From: Gemmatimonadales bacterium
Lineage (GTDB): Bacteria; Gemmatimonadota; Gemmatimonadetes; Gemmatimonadales; GWC2-71-9
Direction: 5' to 3'
Length of the DNA: 64,000 nucleotides
NCBI GenBank assembly: GCA_039915645.1
Contig: JBDSMX010000106.1
Location: 2,973 to 66,972, forward strand
A model generated the notes under the pieces. That model searched no databases. It was not told the DNA's origin and was given only the letters and a program-made list of their open reading frames with translations. Positions 50,332 through 60,010 of the stretch are shown in pieces. Positions within the stretch are counted from its first letter, which is position 1; every line of letters starts with the position of its first letter. A program made the position numbers and the translations under genes.

Positions 50332-52415
50332 GGCGCAAATCCCGCCGGTTCGCACTTGAGCGCCGTCAACAGGAAGGCGTAGTCGGTCGCGATCTCGCGC
50401 AGGCGGTCATAGCGACCGGAGGAGCCTCCATGCCCGGCGCCGAGATTGGTGAGGAAGAGGAGCGGGTTGTCGTCGCTTCGAATCGCGCGGATGCGGGCGA
50501 CATACTTCGCGGGCTCCCAAAACATCACTTGCGAGTCGTTGAGGGAAGTCCGGACCAGCATCACCGGATAGGGCCCGGCAACGAGGTTGGTGTATGGGCA
50601 GTAGCCGCGCATCCAGCCGTACTCTTCTGCGATTTCCGGATTGCCCCATTCATCGTACTCGCCGACGGTGAGGGGGAGCGTCGCATCGGACATGGTGTTG
50701 AGGACGTCGACGAAGGGCACCTGACTCAGGACCGCGGCAAAGCGCGACGGGGCAAGGTTCACCACGGCGCCCATCAACAATCCGCCAGCGCTTCCCCCTT
50801 CGATCGCCGTACGATCGCGACCGACATGGCCGGTCTCCGCCAGGTGATCGGCGACCGCGAGGAAGTCGGAGAACGAATTCCGTTTCTGCGCCATCCGCCC
50901 GGCGTCGTGCCACGGCTTCCCCAGTTCACCGCCGCCGCGCACGTGGGCGATCGCCACCACCACACCACGCTCGAGCAACGAGAGTTGGCCCGAGGAAAAG
51001 CTGACGGGATACGGGTATCCGTACGCACCATAGCCATGCAGGAGACAGGGCGCCGAGCCGTCTCGCGGGACGTCGGTACGTCGCACCAGCGACACGGGTA
51101 CGCGGGTGCCGTCCGGCGCGATCGCTTCGAGCCGCTCCGACACGAATCGACTGGCATCGTATCCGCCGACGACTTCCTGCTGCTTCAGCAGAACGCGGTC
51201 GCGAGTCTCGAGGTTGTAGTCATACACGGATGCCGGTGTCACGAGCGACTGGTAACCGACCCGGACCACCGTGAGATCCCATTCGGGGTTGGCGTGCAGG
51301 TACGCCTCGAAGGCCGGCTCGGGGAATTCGATGCGGTGGGTGGCGTTGTCATCGAGGCGGTGCACGGCGAGCTGGGTGATGCCTGCTTCACGCTCGCTGA
51401 CGATGAGATGCCCCGCGAAACAATCATGTCCCTCGAGCATCACCTCGGGCCGATGCGGAAGCACTTGCTCGAGGGTCGCTGCCCTGACATTCCCGACCGG
51501 GGCGCGCACCAGCCGGAAGTTGCGGCCAGCGTCATTGATGCGCAGGTAGAAGTGATCGCCGTGGTGATCGATGTCGTATTCGATATCGGCCGAGCGCGGC
51601 AGCAATTGCCGCCACGCAGTTGTCGCTTCGGCTGCGAGAAGCACGGCGCAGTCACTGGTCGTGTGGCTGCCGCGGTGCAAGACCAGCCACTCGCGACTCC
51701 GCGTCCGACCCACGGAGAGCGACACGGCCTCGTCGGCTTCCTCCTCGACCAGATCACCCGGCGCACCGCCCAGTCGTTGCCGCCAGAGCTGATTCGATCG
51801 TTTCGTGTCCGGGTCTTCGGTGACGTAGAAGAGGGTGGTGCCATCGGCGGCCCAGGCGACCGAGGTCACTCTTTCCCGGCGCAGGCCGAGGTCCCGCCGA
51901 GAGGCGAGTTCCAAGACGAACAGGGTGTACTGGCGATAGCCGGTGGTATCGAGCGAGTATGCCAGTAGCGTGGCGTCGTCACTGATCGCGAAATCACCCA
52001 GCGCGAGATACGAGGTGCCTTCGGCGAGGGTGTTGAGGTCGAGCAGCACCTCCTCGCCGCCGCTCGCCATCGATTCCCGGCGACGACAGTGAATCTGGTA
52101 CTGCTTCCCTTCTTCGGTCCGGCTGTAATACCAGTACTCCCCGCGACGTACTGGCACCGAGAGATCCGTCTCCTTGATCCGGCCGAGCATCTCGCGGTAG
52201 AGCTGTTCCTGCAACGGCTCTGTTGGTGCGAGCACGGCGGTGGCGTAGCTGTTTTCCGCTTCAAGCAGCGCAAGGACGGCCGGGTCCTCCCGATCCCGCA
52301 GCCAGGCGTAGTCATCCGGGAGGTGTTCACCGTGACGCACGACGGGGTTGGGGCGGCGATCGGCAACCGGCGGGAGGTTCTGGCTCGGCATCACGGCTCG
52401 GGTGTGGGTGGTCAC
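50328..52415 (-). CDS. ptrB: Oligopeptidase B (S9A prolyl-oligopeptidase family)
   Basis: 695 aa with DDYAWLRD at the N-terminus, a beta-propeller, GGSAGGLLMG (Ser) and GHGG at the C-terminus. Confidence 0.85.
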   Translation of the reverse strand: MTTHTRAVMPSQNLPPVADRRPNPVVRHGEHLPDDYAWLRDREDPAVLALLEAENSYATAVLAPTEPLQEQLYREMLGRIKETDLSVPVRRGEYWYYSRTEEGKQYQIHCRRRESMASGGEEVLLDLNTLAEGTSYLALGDFAISDDATLLAYSLDTTGYRQYTLFVLELASRRDLGLRRERVTSVAWAADGTTLFYVTEDPDTKRSNQLWRQRLGGAPGDLVEEEADEAVSLSVGRTRSREWLVLHRGSHTTSDCAVLLAAEATTAWRQLLPRSADIEYDIDHHGDHFYLRINDAGRNFRLVRAPVGNVRAATLEQVLPHRPEVMLEGHDCFAGHLIVSEREAGITQLAVHRLDDNATHRIEFPEPAFEAYLHANPEWDLTVVRVGYQSLVTPASVYDYNLETRDRVLLKQQEVVGGYDASRFVSERLEAIAPDGTRVPVSLVRRTDVPRDGSAPCLLHGYGAYGYPYPVSFSSGQLSLLERGVVVAIAHVRGGGELGKPWHDAGRMAQKRNSFSDFLAVADHLAETGHVGRDRTAIEGGSAGGLLMGAVVNLAPSRFAAVLSQVPFVDVLNTMSDATLPLTVGEYDEWGNPEIAEEYGWMRGYCPYTNLVAGPYPVMLVRTSLNDSQVMFWEPAKYVARIRAIRSDDNPLLFLTNLGAGHGGSSGRYDRLREIATDYAFLLTALKCEPAGFAP

Positions 52416-52465
52416 TCGGCCCCAGCACGAGGGCCGCCCGAAGATACTCGTTTCGAGGGTGGCCT

Positions 52466-53074
52466 TTGAGGGGGCCTCCCCGGCTATTTTACAGGCACCC
52501 CCTACGTGATGAGGCGCCCCTGATTCCTGCCCACCCTGAGGACGGCCCCGAGGCGATCTGCCTGCGGATCGCCGGACCGGACGACGCCGATCAGATCGCG
52601 GCGATTCATGCTGCGAGCTGGCGGAGCGCCTACCGCGGCATTCTCGACGACGAATTCCTTGATGGCCCTCTCGAGGGGTACTCGCGGGATCGGTGGCGTG
52701 CCTGGTTCACCCTCATCGGCGGGCCGCCGGCGCACCTCGTGCTGGCGGAGCGAGACGGCACCCCGGTCGGCTTCCTGTGCATCGTCCACGCGGGTGGAGA
52801 ATTCGGCGACCTGATCGCGAACCTGCATGTCCTCCTCGATGCACGCGGGATCGGGATCGGCCGTCGCCTGCTCCGGGAAGCGGCTCGACTGGCGCGGACC
52901 GAGGGCCAGCGGAGCATGCATCTCTGGGTCTATTCCGGAAATACTGAAGCGATCGCCTTCTACGACCGGGAAGGCGGCGTGGCGGAGTCCGAACAGCCTC
53001 ATCTCGCCGCCGATGGAAAGATGCGCCCGAGCTGGCGCTATGTCTGGCCGGATGTCGGGCTGCTGCTGATGTGA
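52466..53074 (+). CDS. GNAT-family N-acetyltransferase
   Basis: Acetyl-CoA loop ARGIGIGRRLL in a GNAT-sized core. Start provisionally placed at TTG 52466, the first in-frame start after the divergent ptrB gene. Confidence 0.65.
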   Translation: MRGPPRLFYRHPLRDEAPLIPAHPEDGPEAICLRIAGPDDADQIAAIHAASWRSAYRGILDDEFLDGPLEGYSRDRWRAWFTLIGGPPAHLVLAERDGTPVGFLCIVHAGGEFGDLIANLHVLLDARGIGIGRRLLREAARLARTEGQRSMHLWVYSGNTEAIAFYDREGGVAESEQPHLAADGKMRPSWRYVWPDVGLLLM

Positions 53075-53080
53075 ACCACG

Positions 53081-53113
53081 CGAAAGGCCCCCGGAAAATC
53101 CGAGGGCCTTTCG
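53081..53113. terminator. GC-rich hairpin between the convergent GNAT gene and tmRNA (candidate bidirectional terminator, no U-tract)
   Basis: cgaaaggccc (53081-53090) pairs perfectly with gggcctttcg (53104-53113), and 3 further bp can form inside the loop. Confidence 0.5.
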
Positions 53114-53127
53114 ATGCAACCTGAAAG

Positions 53128-53488
53128 TGGAGGCGCAGGGAATCGAACCCTGGTCCGCATCAGTGTCCGGGACCGCGTCTACGTGCGTAGGTATCGCTCT
53201 TAACTTGGCGCCGGTCCGGTGCGATACCAACCGATCCGACGTTGATCTCCTAAGTTCTCGTTTCCGACGGCGGAGCGACGTCAGTCACCAGCCCAGATTT
53301 GCGATCCGATGCCGACGCTCTGGGCGAGCTTCGAACAACGGAGGTACGTCAAGCGAGCGTTAGCTCAGCTTACGCGGCCATTGCCAGTTCAGAGTTGGCA
53401 GTTAAATCAGTCCAGAGAGTTTTACCAGCACTCAGGAGCTGGGCACGCGGCGAAGCCTTCTACTAACCCGTCGAAGCCAGTCGCCCCC
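53128..53488 (-). ncRNA. ssrA: tmRNA (SsrA), one-piece
   Basis: The minus-strand 5' end GGGGGCGACUGGCUUCGACGGG pairs with the 3' end ...CAGGGUUCGAUUCCCUG-CGCCUCC-A, giving a 7-bp acceptor stem with G3:U70 and a T-arm. The tag reading frame is at 53370-53399: GCC AAC UCU GAA CUG GCA AUG GCC GCG UAA = ANSELAMAA*. The terminal CCA is not fully encoded (A-C-U). Confidence 0.9.
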
Positions 53489-53548
53489 GTGCCTGAAAGA
53501 TAGTCCGCCGCCCTCCAATTATCCACATTCCACCTTCCGGACCCACTC

Positions 53549-55885
53549 ATGGCCCGCGCCAGCCTCGCCCTGCTCCTCCTCGCTGCCTCGCAGGTCGCCG
53601 CTCAGACCCTTCCGTTGCGGCAGTCCCGCCTCGATGTCAGCGCCGCGGATCCCGCCTTCCGGATTCCACTCGACTCAACCTCCGACGGTCGCTGGCTCGG
53701 TGGTGGCGTCGGCATGCCGCGGTGGGATGTCGAGGGAAAGTGGGCCTATTTCGCCTACGACACGGTGGTCAAGGTGGTGGATGGCGTGGTCCCGGAGAGT
53801 CCCTGGTGGAGGGTCTCACGGGATGGCAAGCGAATCGAGTCGGTGACTCGCGACGCAGCTGCCCGCATTCCGTTCAACGTCGCCTGGACGCGCGATGGCA
53901 CTCGGGCGGTCTGGTTCGCCCGCAACGAGTTGCGCGTATGGGAACGCGGGAAGGGGGAGCGTCTGCTGCAGCGTCGGGCAGACGGCATTTCCCCCAGATG
54001 GTCACCCGATGACCGGGAGATCCGTTATCTCAGCAACGGTGATCTCTATGCGATCGACCCGTCGAATGCCGTGGAGCGCCAGCTCACCCGCGGATTCACC
54101 AAAGGCGAACCGCCGAAGGATGCCAAGGTCAACGTCGAGCTCAAGCGGCAGCAACTGGAACTGTTCGATTTCGTGAAGCGTCGCAAAGCAGATCGCGATA
54201 CCGCGGAGGCTCGGCGCCTGCGCGATGCGGCGGCCATGCCGATCGTCATCGTCAAGAAGAAGGACGACACCGTCGGCAACCTCGAGCTTTCCGCCGATGG
54301 CAGGTACGCGACCTATGTCGTCTCTCCGAAGGTCGACGAGGTCCAGACCGTCTTTGGCGATTACGTCAACGATTCCGGTGTGGTCTACTCCCGGACGTCG
54401 CGGGCGAAGGTGGGTGCACCGATCTCGCTCGCGCGCGCAGCGATCGTGACGGCAGACTCGATGGCAATTCCCGACAGCGTGAAAGTGACCTGGGTCGATA
54501 CCACCGGATTCGGAAAGCCGGTGCGGGCACTCTCCCTCGGCTGGAATCGCCAAGGCACTCACCTCGTCGCCGAGTTTGCATCGCTCGACTACAAGGACCG
54601 CTGGGTCGTCCTGGTTGATCCTGCGACCGGCAAGCAGGTCCGGACACTCGACCACCAGCACGATGAGGCGTGGCTGCTCGAATCCTCAGGCTACTCCTGG
54701 CTTCCGGATGGTGAACGGATCGGCCTGGTTTCGGAAGTGAGCGGCTGGATGCACCTCCAGCTGATCGCAATGGATGGCAGCCACACTGCGCTGACCAATG
54801 GCGCATGGGAGGTCCGTAACGCAGCGCTCTCCCGCGATGGCACCTTCTGGCTGCTGAGCACGTCGATGGCCCACCCGAGCGAGGTCCATCTCTATCGGAT
54901 GCCGGCGATGGGGGGAGCGCTCACACGAATCGACCAATTGGGCGAAGGCGAACTCAGTCCGACACTCGCTCCGGATGAACGCGGCGCCATCGTCCGCTGG
55001 AGCAGCCCGAAGGAACTCACCGATCTCTACCTGATGCCCACACTCGAGAGCGCACCAATCCGGATCACCCGGAGCGGCAGCGACGCGTTCTGGCGGACGG
55101 CGTGGCCGGCGAGCGATTTCGTGACGTTCAATGACGACCAGGGAAAGCCGGTCTGGGCGCGGGTCTACCGACCGACGACCCAGCACGCGAACCGCCCTGC
55201 GGTTCTGGAAATCCACGGCGCAGGTTACGCCCAGGGAGTGCACAAGTCCTTTGCCGGATCGGGGGCGCACGGCGGCTCGCTGAATGCGAAATATCTCACC
55301 GACCTCGGCATCACCTATCTCGTCCTCGACTATCGCGGCAGCGCGGGTTACGGCGGGGCGACTCGTACCGCGGTGTACCGGGCCATGGGCGACCGCGATG
55401 TCGCCTCCGCGGTTGCCGCGATCCCATTCCTCCGCGACCGCTACAACGTGAACCCCGAGCGAGTGGGCCTCTTCGGTTGCAGCTATGGCGGCTTCTTCAC
55501 ACTGATGGCGCTCTTTCAGCACCCGGGGCTCTTCAAGGGCGGCGTCGCGCAGTGCTCAGTGACGGACTGGGCTCACTACAACCACTGGTACACCGCGCGC
55601 ATCCTCAATGGTGCGCCTGCAGAGGACACGACCGCGTACCGGAAGTCTTCGCCGATCCAGTACGCGGCCGGCCTGCAGGACCGACTCATCCTGATGCATG
55701 GTCTGGTCGACGACAACGTGGAGTACCAGGACGCCGCACGTCTGGTGCAGCGACTTATGGAACTCGGGAAGGATTTCGAGTTCGTGACCTATCCGATCGA
55801 AGCGCACGGATGGCGCACCAGCTGGTCCAAGCGCGACTCGCAACGCAGGATGGCGCGCCTCTGGGACGAAGTCCTGCTGCACTGA
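53549..55885 (+). CDS. Secreted S9-family serine peptidase (beta-propeller + alpha/beta-hydrolase, DPP/acylaminoacyl-peptidase-like)
   Basis: 778 aa with signal peptide MARASLALLLLAASQVAAQ, nucleophile elbow GCSYGG and C-terminal D/H context (HGLVDDNV, EAHGW). Confidence 0.85.
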   Translation: MARASLALLLLAASQVAAQTLPLRQSRLDVSAADPAFRIPLDSTSDGRWLGGGVGMPRWDVEGKWAYFAYDTVVKVVDGVVPESPWWRVSRDGKRIESVTRDAAARIPFNVAWTRDGTRAVWFARNELRVWERGKGERLLQRRADGISPRWSPDDREIRYLSNGDLYAIDPSNAVERQLTRGFTKGEPPKDAKVNVELKRQQLELFDFVKRRKADRDTAEARRLRDAAAMPIVIVKKKDDTVGNLELSADGRYATYVVSPKVDEVQTVFGDYVNDSGVVYSRTSRAKVGAPISLARAAIVTADSMAIPDSVKVTWVDTTGFGKPVRALSLGWNRQGTHLVAEFASLDYKDRWVVLVDPATGKQVRTLDHQHDEAWLLESSGYSWLPDGERIGLVSEVSGWMHLQLIAMDGSHTALTNGAWEVRNAALSRDGTFWLLSTSMAHPSEVHLYRMPAMGGALTRIDQLGEGELSPTLAPDERGAIVRWSSPKELTDLYLMPTLESAPIRITRSGSDAFWRTAWPASDFVTFNDDQGKPVWARVYRPTTQHANRPAVLEIHGAGYAQGVHKSFAGSGAHGGSLNAKYLTDLGITYLVLDYRGSAGYGGATRTAVYRAMGDRDVASAVAAIPFLRDRYNVNPERVGLFGCSYGGFFTLMALFQHPGLFKGGVAQCSVTDWAHYNHWYTARILNGAPAEDTTAYRKSSPIQYAAGLQDRLILMHGLVDDNVEYQDAARLVQRLMELGKDFEFVTYPIEAHGWRTSWSKRDSQRRMARLWDEVLLH

Positions 55886-55912
55886 TGGTTCGTGGTACGC
55901 TGTAACGACGGA

Positions 55913-55937
55913 CTGACTCCGCTTCGGGCGGAGTCAG
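55913..55937. terminator. Hairpin between the convergent S9 peptidase and corA genes (candidate bidirectional terminator)
   Basis: ctgactccgc (55913-55922), loop ttcgg, gcggagtcag (55928-55937): a perfect 10-bp stem. Confidence 0.5.
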
Positions 55938-55941
55938 GTCG

Positions 55942-56847
55942 CTAGGTGAGCCAGCCCTTCTTCCGGAACCAGAGCCAAATGCCGGCGGCCACGGCGAGCA
56001 TCATGCCGAGCACGGCCGGATAGCCCCACTTCGCCGACAGCTCCGGCATGTAGTGGAAGTTCATGCCGTAGACGCCGACGATGAAGGTGAGCGGCAGGAA
56101 GAACGCCGAGAACACCGTCAGGACCCGCATCACTTCATTGGTGCGGTGGGATGCCATCGCGAGGTGAACCTGCAGTAGCAGGTTTACCTCTTCGAGCAAT
56201 TGGTCGGCCCAGAAGAGGTAGGCATCCACTGACTCTCGCAGGTCCTGGAAGAGCGGTTCGGTACGCCCGGCCGGAGGGACCAGCTTCTGCAGGACGTTGG
56301 TGGTCTGGAAGAGGATCCGGCGAGTGAGTGAGACGCGCCGCTTGAGATTGTGCGCCTGCTGGAGCGATGGCGGCTGGCCCCGATCGAAGATCGCGGCCTC
56401 GAAACGGTCGAGCGTCTGCTCGTCGCGGGCGAGCGGGGCGTCATAGGAATCGAGCGTGGCGTGACCGAGCCCATAGAGGAGCGGCGTGAGTTCACACGAT
56501 TCATGGCCGGTCGGTGCACTGAAGCGGTCCCGCAGTCGCGAGACTTCGTGCAACTCCACCCGATGCACCGTGATCATGAAATCGAGCCGGAAGAAGACCG
56601 CGACCTTCCTGGTCAGCTCCTGGATGGTACCCGCATCGTCCGGGGCAGCGTCATCGTGGACGCGCAGGATGAGAAAAGTCGCGTCGCCGAGTCGTTCGAA
56701 CTTGGGGAGATGATCGGGGTCGAGGCAGTCTTCCACCACGGTGGGTGGCAAGCCATACTGCTGAGCGAGTTCCTGCAGCTCTTCACGCGTCGGACCGACG
56801 ACATCAATCCAGGTGAAGCCATCGGGGCCGGCCACGCGGTGATGCAC
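55942..56847 (-). CDS. corA: CorA-family magnesium/cobalt transporter
   Basis: 301 aa with two C-terminal TM helices and the YGMNF signature. Confidence 0.9.
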   Translation of the reverse strand: MHHRVAGPDGFTWIDVVGPTREELQELAQQYGLPPTVVEDCLDPDHLPKFERLGDATFLILRVHDDAAPDDAGTIQELTRKVAVFFRLDFMITVHRVELHEVSRLRDRFSAPTGHESCELTPLLYGLGHATLDSYDAPLARDEQTLDRFEAAIFDRGQPPSLQQAHNLKRRVSLTRRILFQTTNVLQKLVPPAGRTEPLFQDLRESVDAYLFWADQLLEEVNLLLQVHLAMASHRTNEVMRVLTVFSAFFLPLTFIVGVYGMNFHYMPELSAKWGYPAVLGMMLAVAAGIWLWFRKKGWLT

Positions 56848-56852
56848 GTGCG

Positions 56853-57842
56853 CTACGCGGCCTCGACCAGGGACTCGCGCTCGAGGTAGTCGGCGAAGAT
56901 CCGTTCGGCTTCCACCATCGAGGTCACGTGGAAGAGGCGGCCGCGCAGCGTGCTCGAGGCATGGAGCCCCTTGGTGTACCAGCCGAAATGCTTGCGGAAC
57001 TCGACCACGGTGTGCGGGGTATCGCCCTGCAGCTCGATCGCGAGGTGCGCGTGCTCAAGGGCCACGGCCAGGCGTTCGGCCGGCGTCGGCGAGGCCGGTT
57101 TCGGCAGGCCATCGAGCAAGGCACGGGCTTCACGAAAGAGCCACGGGTTGCCGAACGAGCCACGTCCAATCATCACGCCGGCACAGCCGGTGTGCTCGCG
57201 CATCCGCAGCGCATCCTCCGGCGTCACGACATCACCGTTGCCGATCACCGGGATGTCGAGCGCCTCGACGCACATCGCGATATCGTCCCAGTTCGCCTTG
57301 CCGCTGAACATCTGGGTGCGCGTCCGGCCGTGGAGGGTGAACACCGCGGCACCGGCATCCTGCATCCGGAGGGCGATGCCGACCGGATTGCGCGAGTCAT
57401 CCGACCAGCCGCTGCGCGTCTTGACGGTGACCGGCAGGTGAGTCGCAGCCACGCAGGCGCGGATGATCCGATCGACCAGGTCCATGTCGCGGAGGCAGCC
57501 GCTGCCGCCATTCCGCTGGACCACCTTCTTGACCGGGCAGCCGAAATTGATGTCGATGAAGTCCGGAGCGTAGTGCTCGGTCACGAGTGCCGTGGCCTCG
57601 GCCATGGCATCGGCGTGGGAGCCGTAGATCTGGATGCCAAGCGGCCGCTCGACTTCGTCGAACTCGCACCCCTCGAGGGTCTTCGAGATCCGCCGGCGAA
57701 TGGCCTCCGAGTTGAGGAACTCGGTCAGGACGACGTCGGCCCCCATCCGGCGGGAGATCCGCCGGAACGGGGGTTCAGAGACCCCGGCCATCGGGGCAAG
57801 AAAGAGCGGGACCGGCGAGCCGGTCCGATAGGGGAACTCCAT
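56853..57842 (-). CDS. dus: tRNA-dihydrouridine synthase
   Basis: Start re-assigned to ATG 57842 (MEFPYRTGSPVPLFLAPMAGV). DINFGCP supplies the catalytic Cys. The tracked 158-aa N-terminal extension is Arg/Pro-rich and crosses the ptsN promoter region. Confidence 0.85.
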   Translation of the reverse strand: MEFPYRTGSPVPLFLAPMAGVSEPPFRRISRRMGADVVLTEFLNSEAIRRRISKTLEGCEFDEVERPLGIQIYGSHADAMAEATALVTEHYAPDFIDINFGCPVKKVVQRNGGSGCLRDMDLVDRIIRACVAATHLPVTVKTRSGWSDDSRNPVGIALRMQDAGAAVFTLHGRTRTQMFSGKANWDDIAMCVEALDIPVIGNGDVVTPEDALRMREHTGCAGVMIGRGSFGNPWLFREARALLDGLPKPASPTPAERLAVALEHAHLAIELQGDTPHTVVEFRKHFGWYTKGLHASSTLRGRLFHVTSMVEAERIFADYLERESLVEAA

Positions 57843-58003
57843 GCCGGCAAATGTAGTGGGAGGGGGGCGACCATCGGCAGGCCCCCGCCCAGGGGCCTGG
57901 CTGGCCTCAGGAGGGGCCCGATGCGCCCAAAGCGGCTGTCCGACCTCCCGGGCGGGGCCGGACGCGTTGAACCCATCCCAGACCGTAGTTACCGTTCCCG
58001 CCC

Positions 58004-58456
58004 ATGCAACTCCTCCCCCGCTTCGCGAACGATGCCATCGACCTCGACCTTGCCGCGACCTCCAAGGAGGAGGTACTGGCCGCGATGGTCGCCCTGCTGC
58101 ACATCGATGACGAGCCGTCCGAGGTGCTGCGCCGGATGCTGCAGCGCCGCGAGCAACTCGGGTCCACGGGGGTCGGTCGGGGGATCGCCATTCCGCACTG
58201 CCGCTCGCTGGTGGTGCCGCAGCTACGGATGGCCTACGGGCGAATACCGGCGGGCCTCGGCTACGACGCGATCGACGGCAAGCCGGTGCACCACGTCTTC
58301 CTGATCGTGGCACCACCGGTGGAAGTGTCGAACGACTATTTGCCGGTGCTGGGCCGACTGGCCCAGTTCGCGAAGGATCCTGAGGTGCCGGAGCGGTTGG
58401 CCGCGCTCACCACTCCGGCGGAGTTCTTCACCCTGCTCGAAGAAAAGGGCGCCTGA
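58004..58456 (+). CDS. ptsN: PTS EIIA(Ntr)-type regulatory protein
   Basis: 150-aa EIIA type-2 fold pattern with the phospho-His loop GRGIAIPH. Confidence 0.75.
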   Translation: MQLLPRFANDAIDLDLAATSKEEVLAAMVALLHIDDEPSEVLRRMLQRREQLGSTGVGRGIAIPHCRSLVVPQLRMAYGRIPAGLGYDAIDGKPVHHVFLIVAPPVEVSNDYLPVLGRLAQFAKDPEVPERLAALTTPAEFFTLLEEKGA

Positions 58457-60010
58457 CTATTCCCACTCGATCGTCGCAGGGGGTTTGCTGCTGATATCGT
58501 AGACAACCCGATTGACGCCGCTGACTTCGTTCGCAATCCGATTCGAGATCACCGCCAGTACATCATGCGGGAACGGGAACCAGTCGGCGGTCATCCCATC
58601 ACGTGACGTAACCGCGCGTAATCCGATCGTCTGGTCGTAGCTCCTGAAGTCGCCCATCACCCCGACCGAGCGAATCGGCAGCAATACCGCGAACGCCTGC
58701 CAGATGGTGTCGTAGAGCCCCGCCTCGCGAATCTCCTCGATGAAGATCGCATCCGCCTTCTGCAGCAGCTCGAGTTGCGACGGGGTGACCTCGCCCAGAA
58801 TCCTGATCGCGAGCCCCGGTCCCGGGAAGGGATGGCGACCCACCATTTCCTCGGGGAGCCCGAGTTCGCGGCCCACCTGACGCACCTCATCCTTGAACAG
58901 CTCGCGCAACGGCTCGATCAGCTTGAACGGCAACCGCTCGGGCAGGCCGCCGACGTTGTGGTGCGTCTTGATCGTGACCGAGGGGCCGCCGGTGGGTGAG
59001 AACGACTCGATCACGTCCGGATAGAGTGTCCCCTGCACCAGGAAACCGACGTTGTCGCCCACGGCCTTCGCTTCCTGCTCGAAGACATCGATGAAGCGAT
59101 GACCGATCAGCTTTCGCTTGGTCTCAGGATCGGTCACCCCGGCGAGGTCGGCGAGGAATTCCTTCGAAGCATCCACGGTGCGGAGATCGATGCCGAGGTT
59201 GCGCCGAAAGGTCTGTTCGACCTGCTCGCGCTCGTTGAGCCGCAACAGTCCATGGTCGACGAAGATGCAGGTCAGCCGGTCGCCAACAGCGCGGTGCACG
59301 AGTGCTGCCGCCACCGACGAGTCGACACCACCGGAGAGGCCACAGATGACGCGTGTGGTCGGACCGACCAGCTCGCGGATGCGGGCCACCTCGCTCTCGA
59401 CGAAGTGTTCGGGAGTCCAATCAGGCGAGCAGCCGCAGATCTCGAAGAGAAAGTTGCCGAGGATCTCTCCGCCCCGCGGCGTGTGCGCGACCTCAGGATG
59501 GAACTGCACCGCATGCAGGGGAAGCGAGTCGTGCTGAATGGCTGCGATCGGCGAATTCTCGCTCGAGGCCGTGACATGCCACCCCGGCGGCGCCGCGTTC
59601 ACATGATCGCCGTGGCTCATCCAGACCGGTGTAGTACCGCCCGAGGTGAAGCCCCGGAAGAGCGTCCCGCCTTCGACCTTCACATCGGCTCGCCCGTATT
59701 CGCGACGTGCTGCGCTGACCACGCTGCCACCGGAAAGATGCGCCAGCAGCTGCATCCCGTAGCAGAGCCCGAGTACCGGTGGCCCAAGCGTCAGCAGGTC
59801 AGGGTGCGCCGTCGGCACGCCGTCACCGTAGACCGAGTTGGGACCGCCGGAGAGGATGATCCCCTTCGGCTTCCAGGCACGGATCCAGTCGATGTCCCGC
59901 GACGGAGGGTGGATCTCGCAATAGACGCGCTGCTCACGCACCCGGCGGGCGATGAGCTGGGTGTATTGCGAACCGAAGTCGATGATCAGGATTCCGTCTG
60001 GATGGCTCAC
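58457..60010 (-). CDS. guaA: GMP synthase (glutamine-hydrolysing)
   Basis: GATase [10 protein letters not shown]-loop SGGVDSS and a C-terminal ATIEWE. Confidence 0.95.
   Translation of the reverse strand: MSHPDGILIIDFGSQYTQLIARRVREQRVYCEIHPPSRDIDWIRAWKPKGIILSGGPNSVYGDGVPTAHPDLLTLGPPVLGLCYGMQLLAHLSGGSVVSAARREYGRADVKVEGGTLFRGFTSGGTTPVWMSHGDHVNAAPPGWHVTASSENSPIAAIQHDSLPLHAVQFHPEVAHTPRGGEILGNFLFEICGCSPDWTPEHFVESEVARIRELVGPTTRVICGLSGGVDSSVAAALVHRAVGDRLTCIFVDHGLLRLNEREQVEQTFRRNLGIDLRTVDASKEFLADLAGVTDPETKRKLIGHRFIDVFEQEAKAVGDNVGFLVQGTLYPDVIESFSPTGGPSVTIKTHHNVGGLPERLPFKLIEPLRELFKDEVRQVGRELGLPEEMVGRHPFPGPGLAIRILGEVTPSQLELLQKADAIFIEEIREAGLYDTIWQAFAVLLPIRSVGVMGDFRSYDQTIGLRAVTSRDGMTADWFPFPHDVLAVISNRIANEVSGVNRVVYDISSKPPATIEWE

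Noticed and set aside
53127-53503. ORFs 53127-53363 (+, 78 aa) and 53309-53503 (+, 64 aa).
   Set aside because: They lie exactly over the tmRNA gene on the opposite strand and have no coding signal. The locus is explained by ssrA.
52466-53548. Possible genomic island or integrated element at the tmRNA 3' end (a classic att site).
   Set aside because: I saw no integrase, no phage or IS genes, and no direct repeat of the tmRNA 3' end. The flanking genes (GNAT, ptrB, S9 peptidase) look chromosomal and have the same composition.
57843-58316. N-terminal 158-aa extension of the Dus ORF (tracked 56853-58316), and a GC hairpin (aggcccc-N6-ggggcct, 57879-57898) in the 161-bp dus/ptsN divergent region.
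   Set aside because: The extension is Arg/Pro/Ala-rich, runs antisense through ptsN, and the conserved Dus N-terminus begins at ATG 57842. The 7-bp hairpin is too weak and too GC-generic to call a regulatory element. I saw no sigma-54 type TGGCAC-N5-TTGC.
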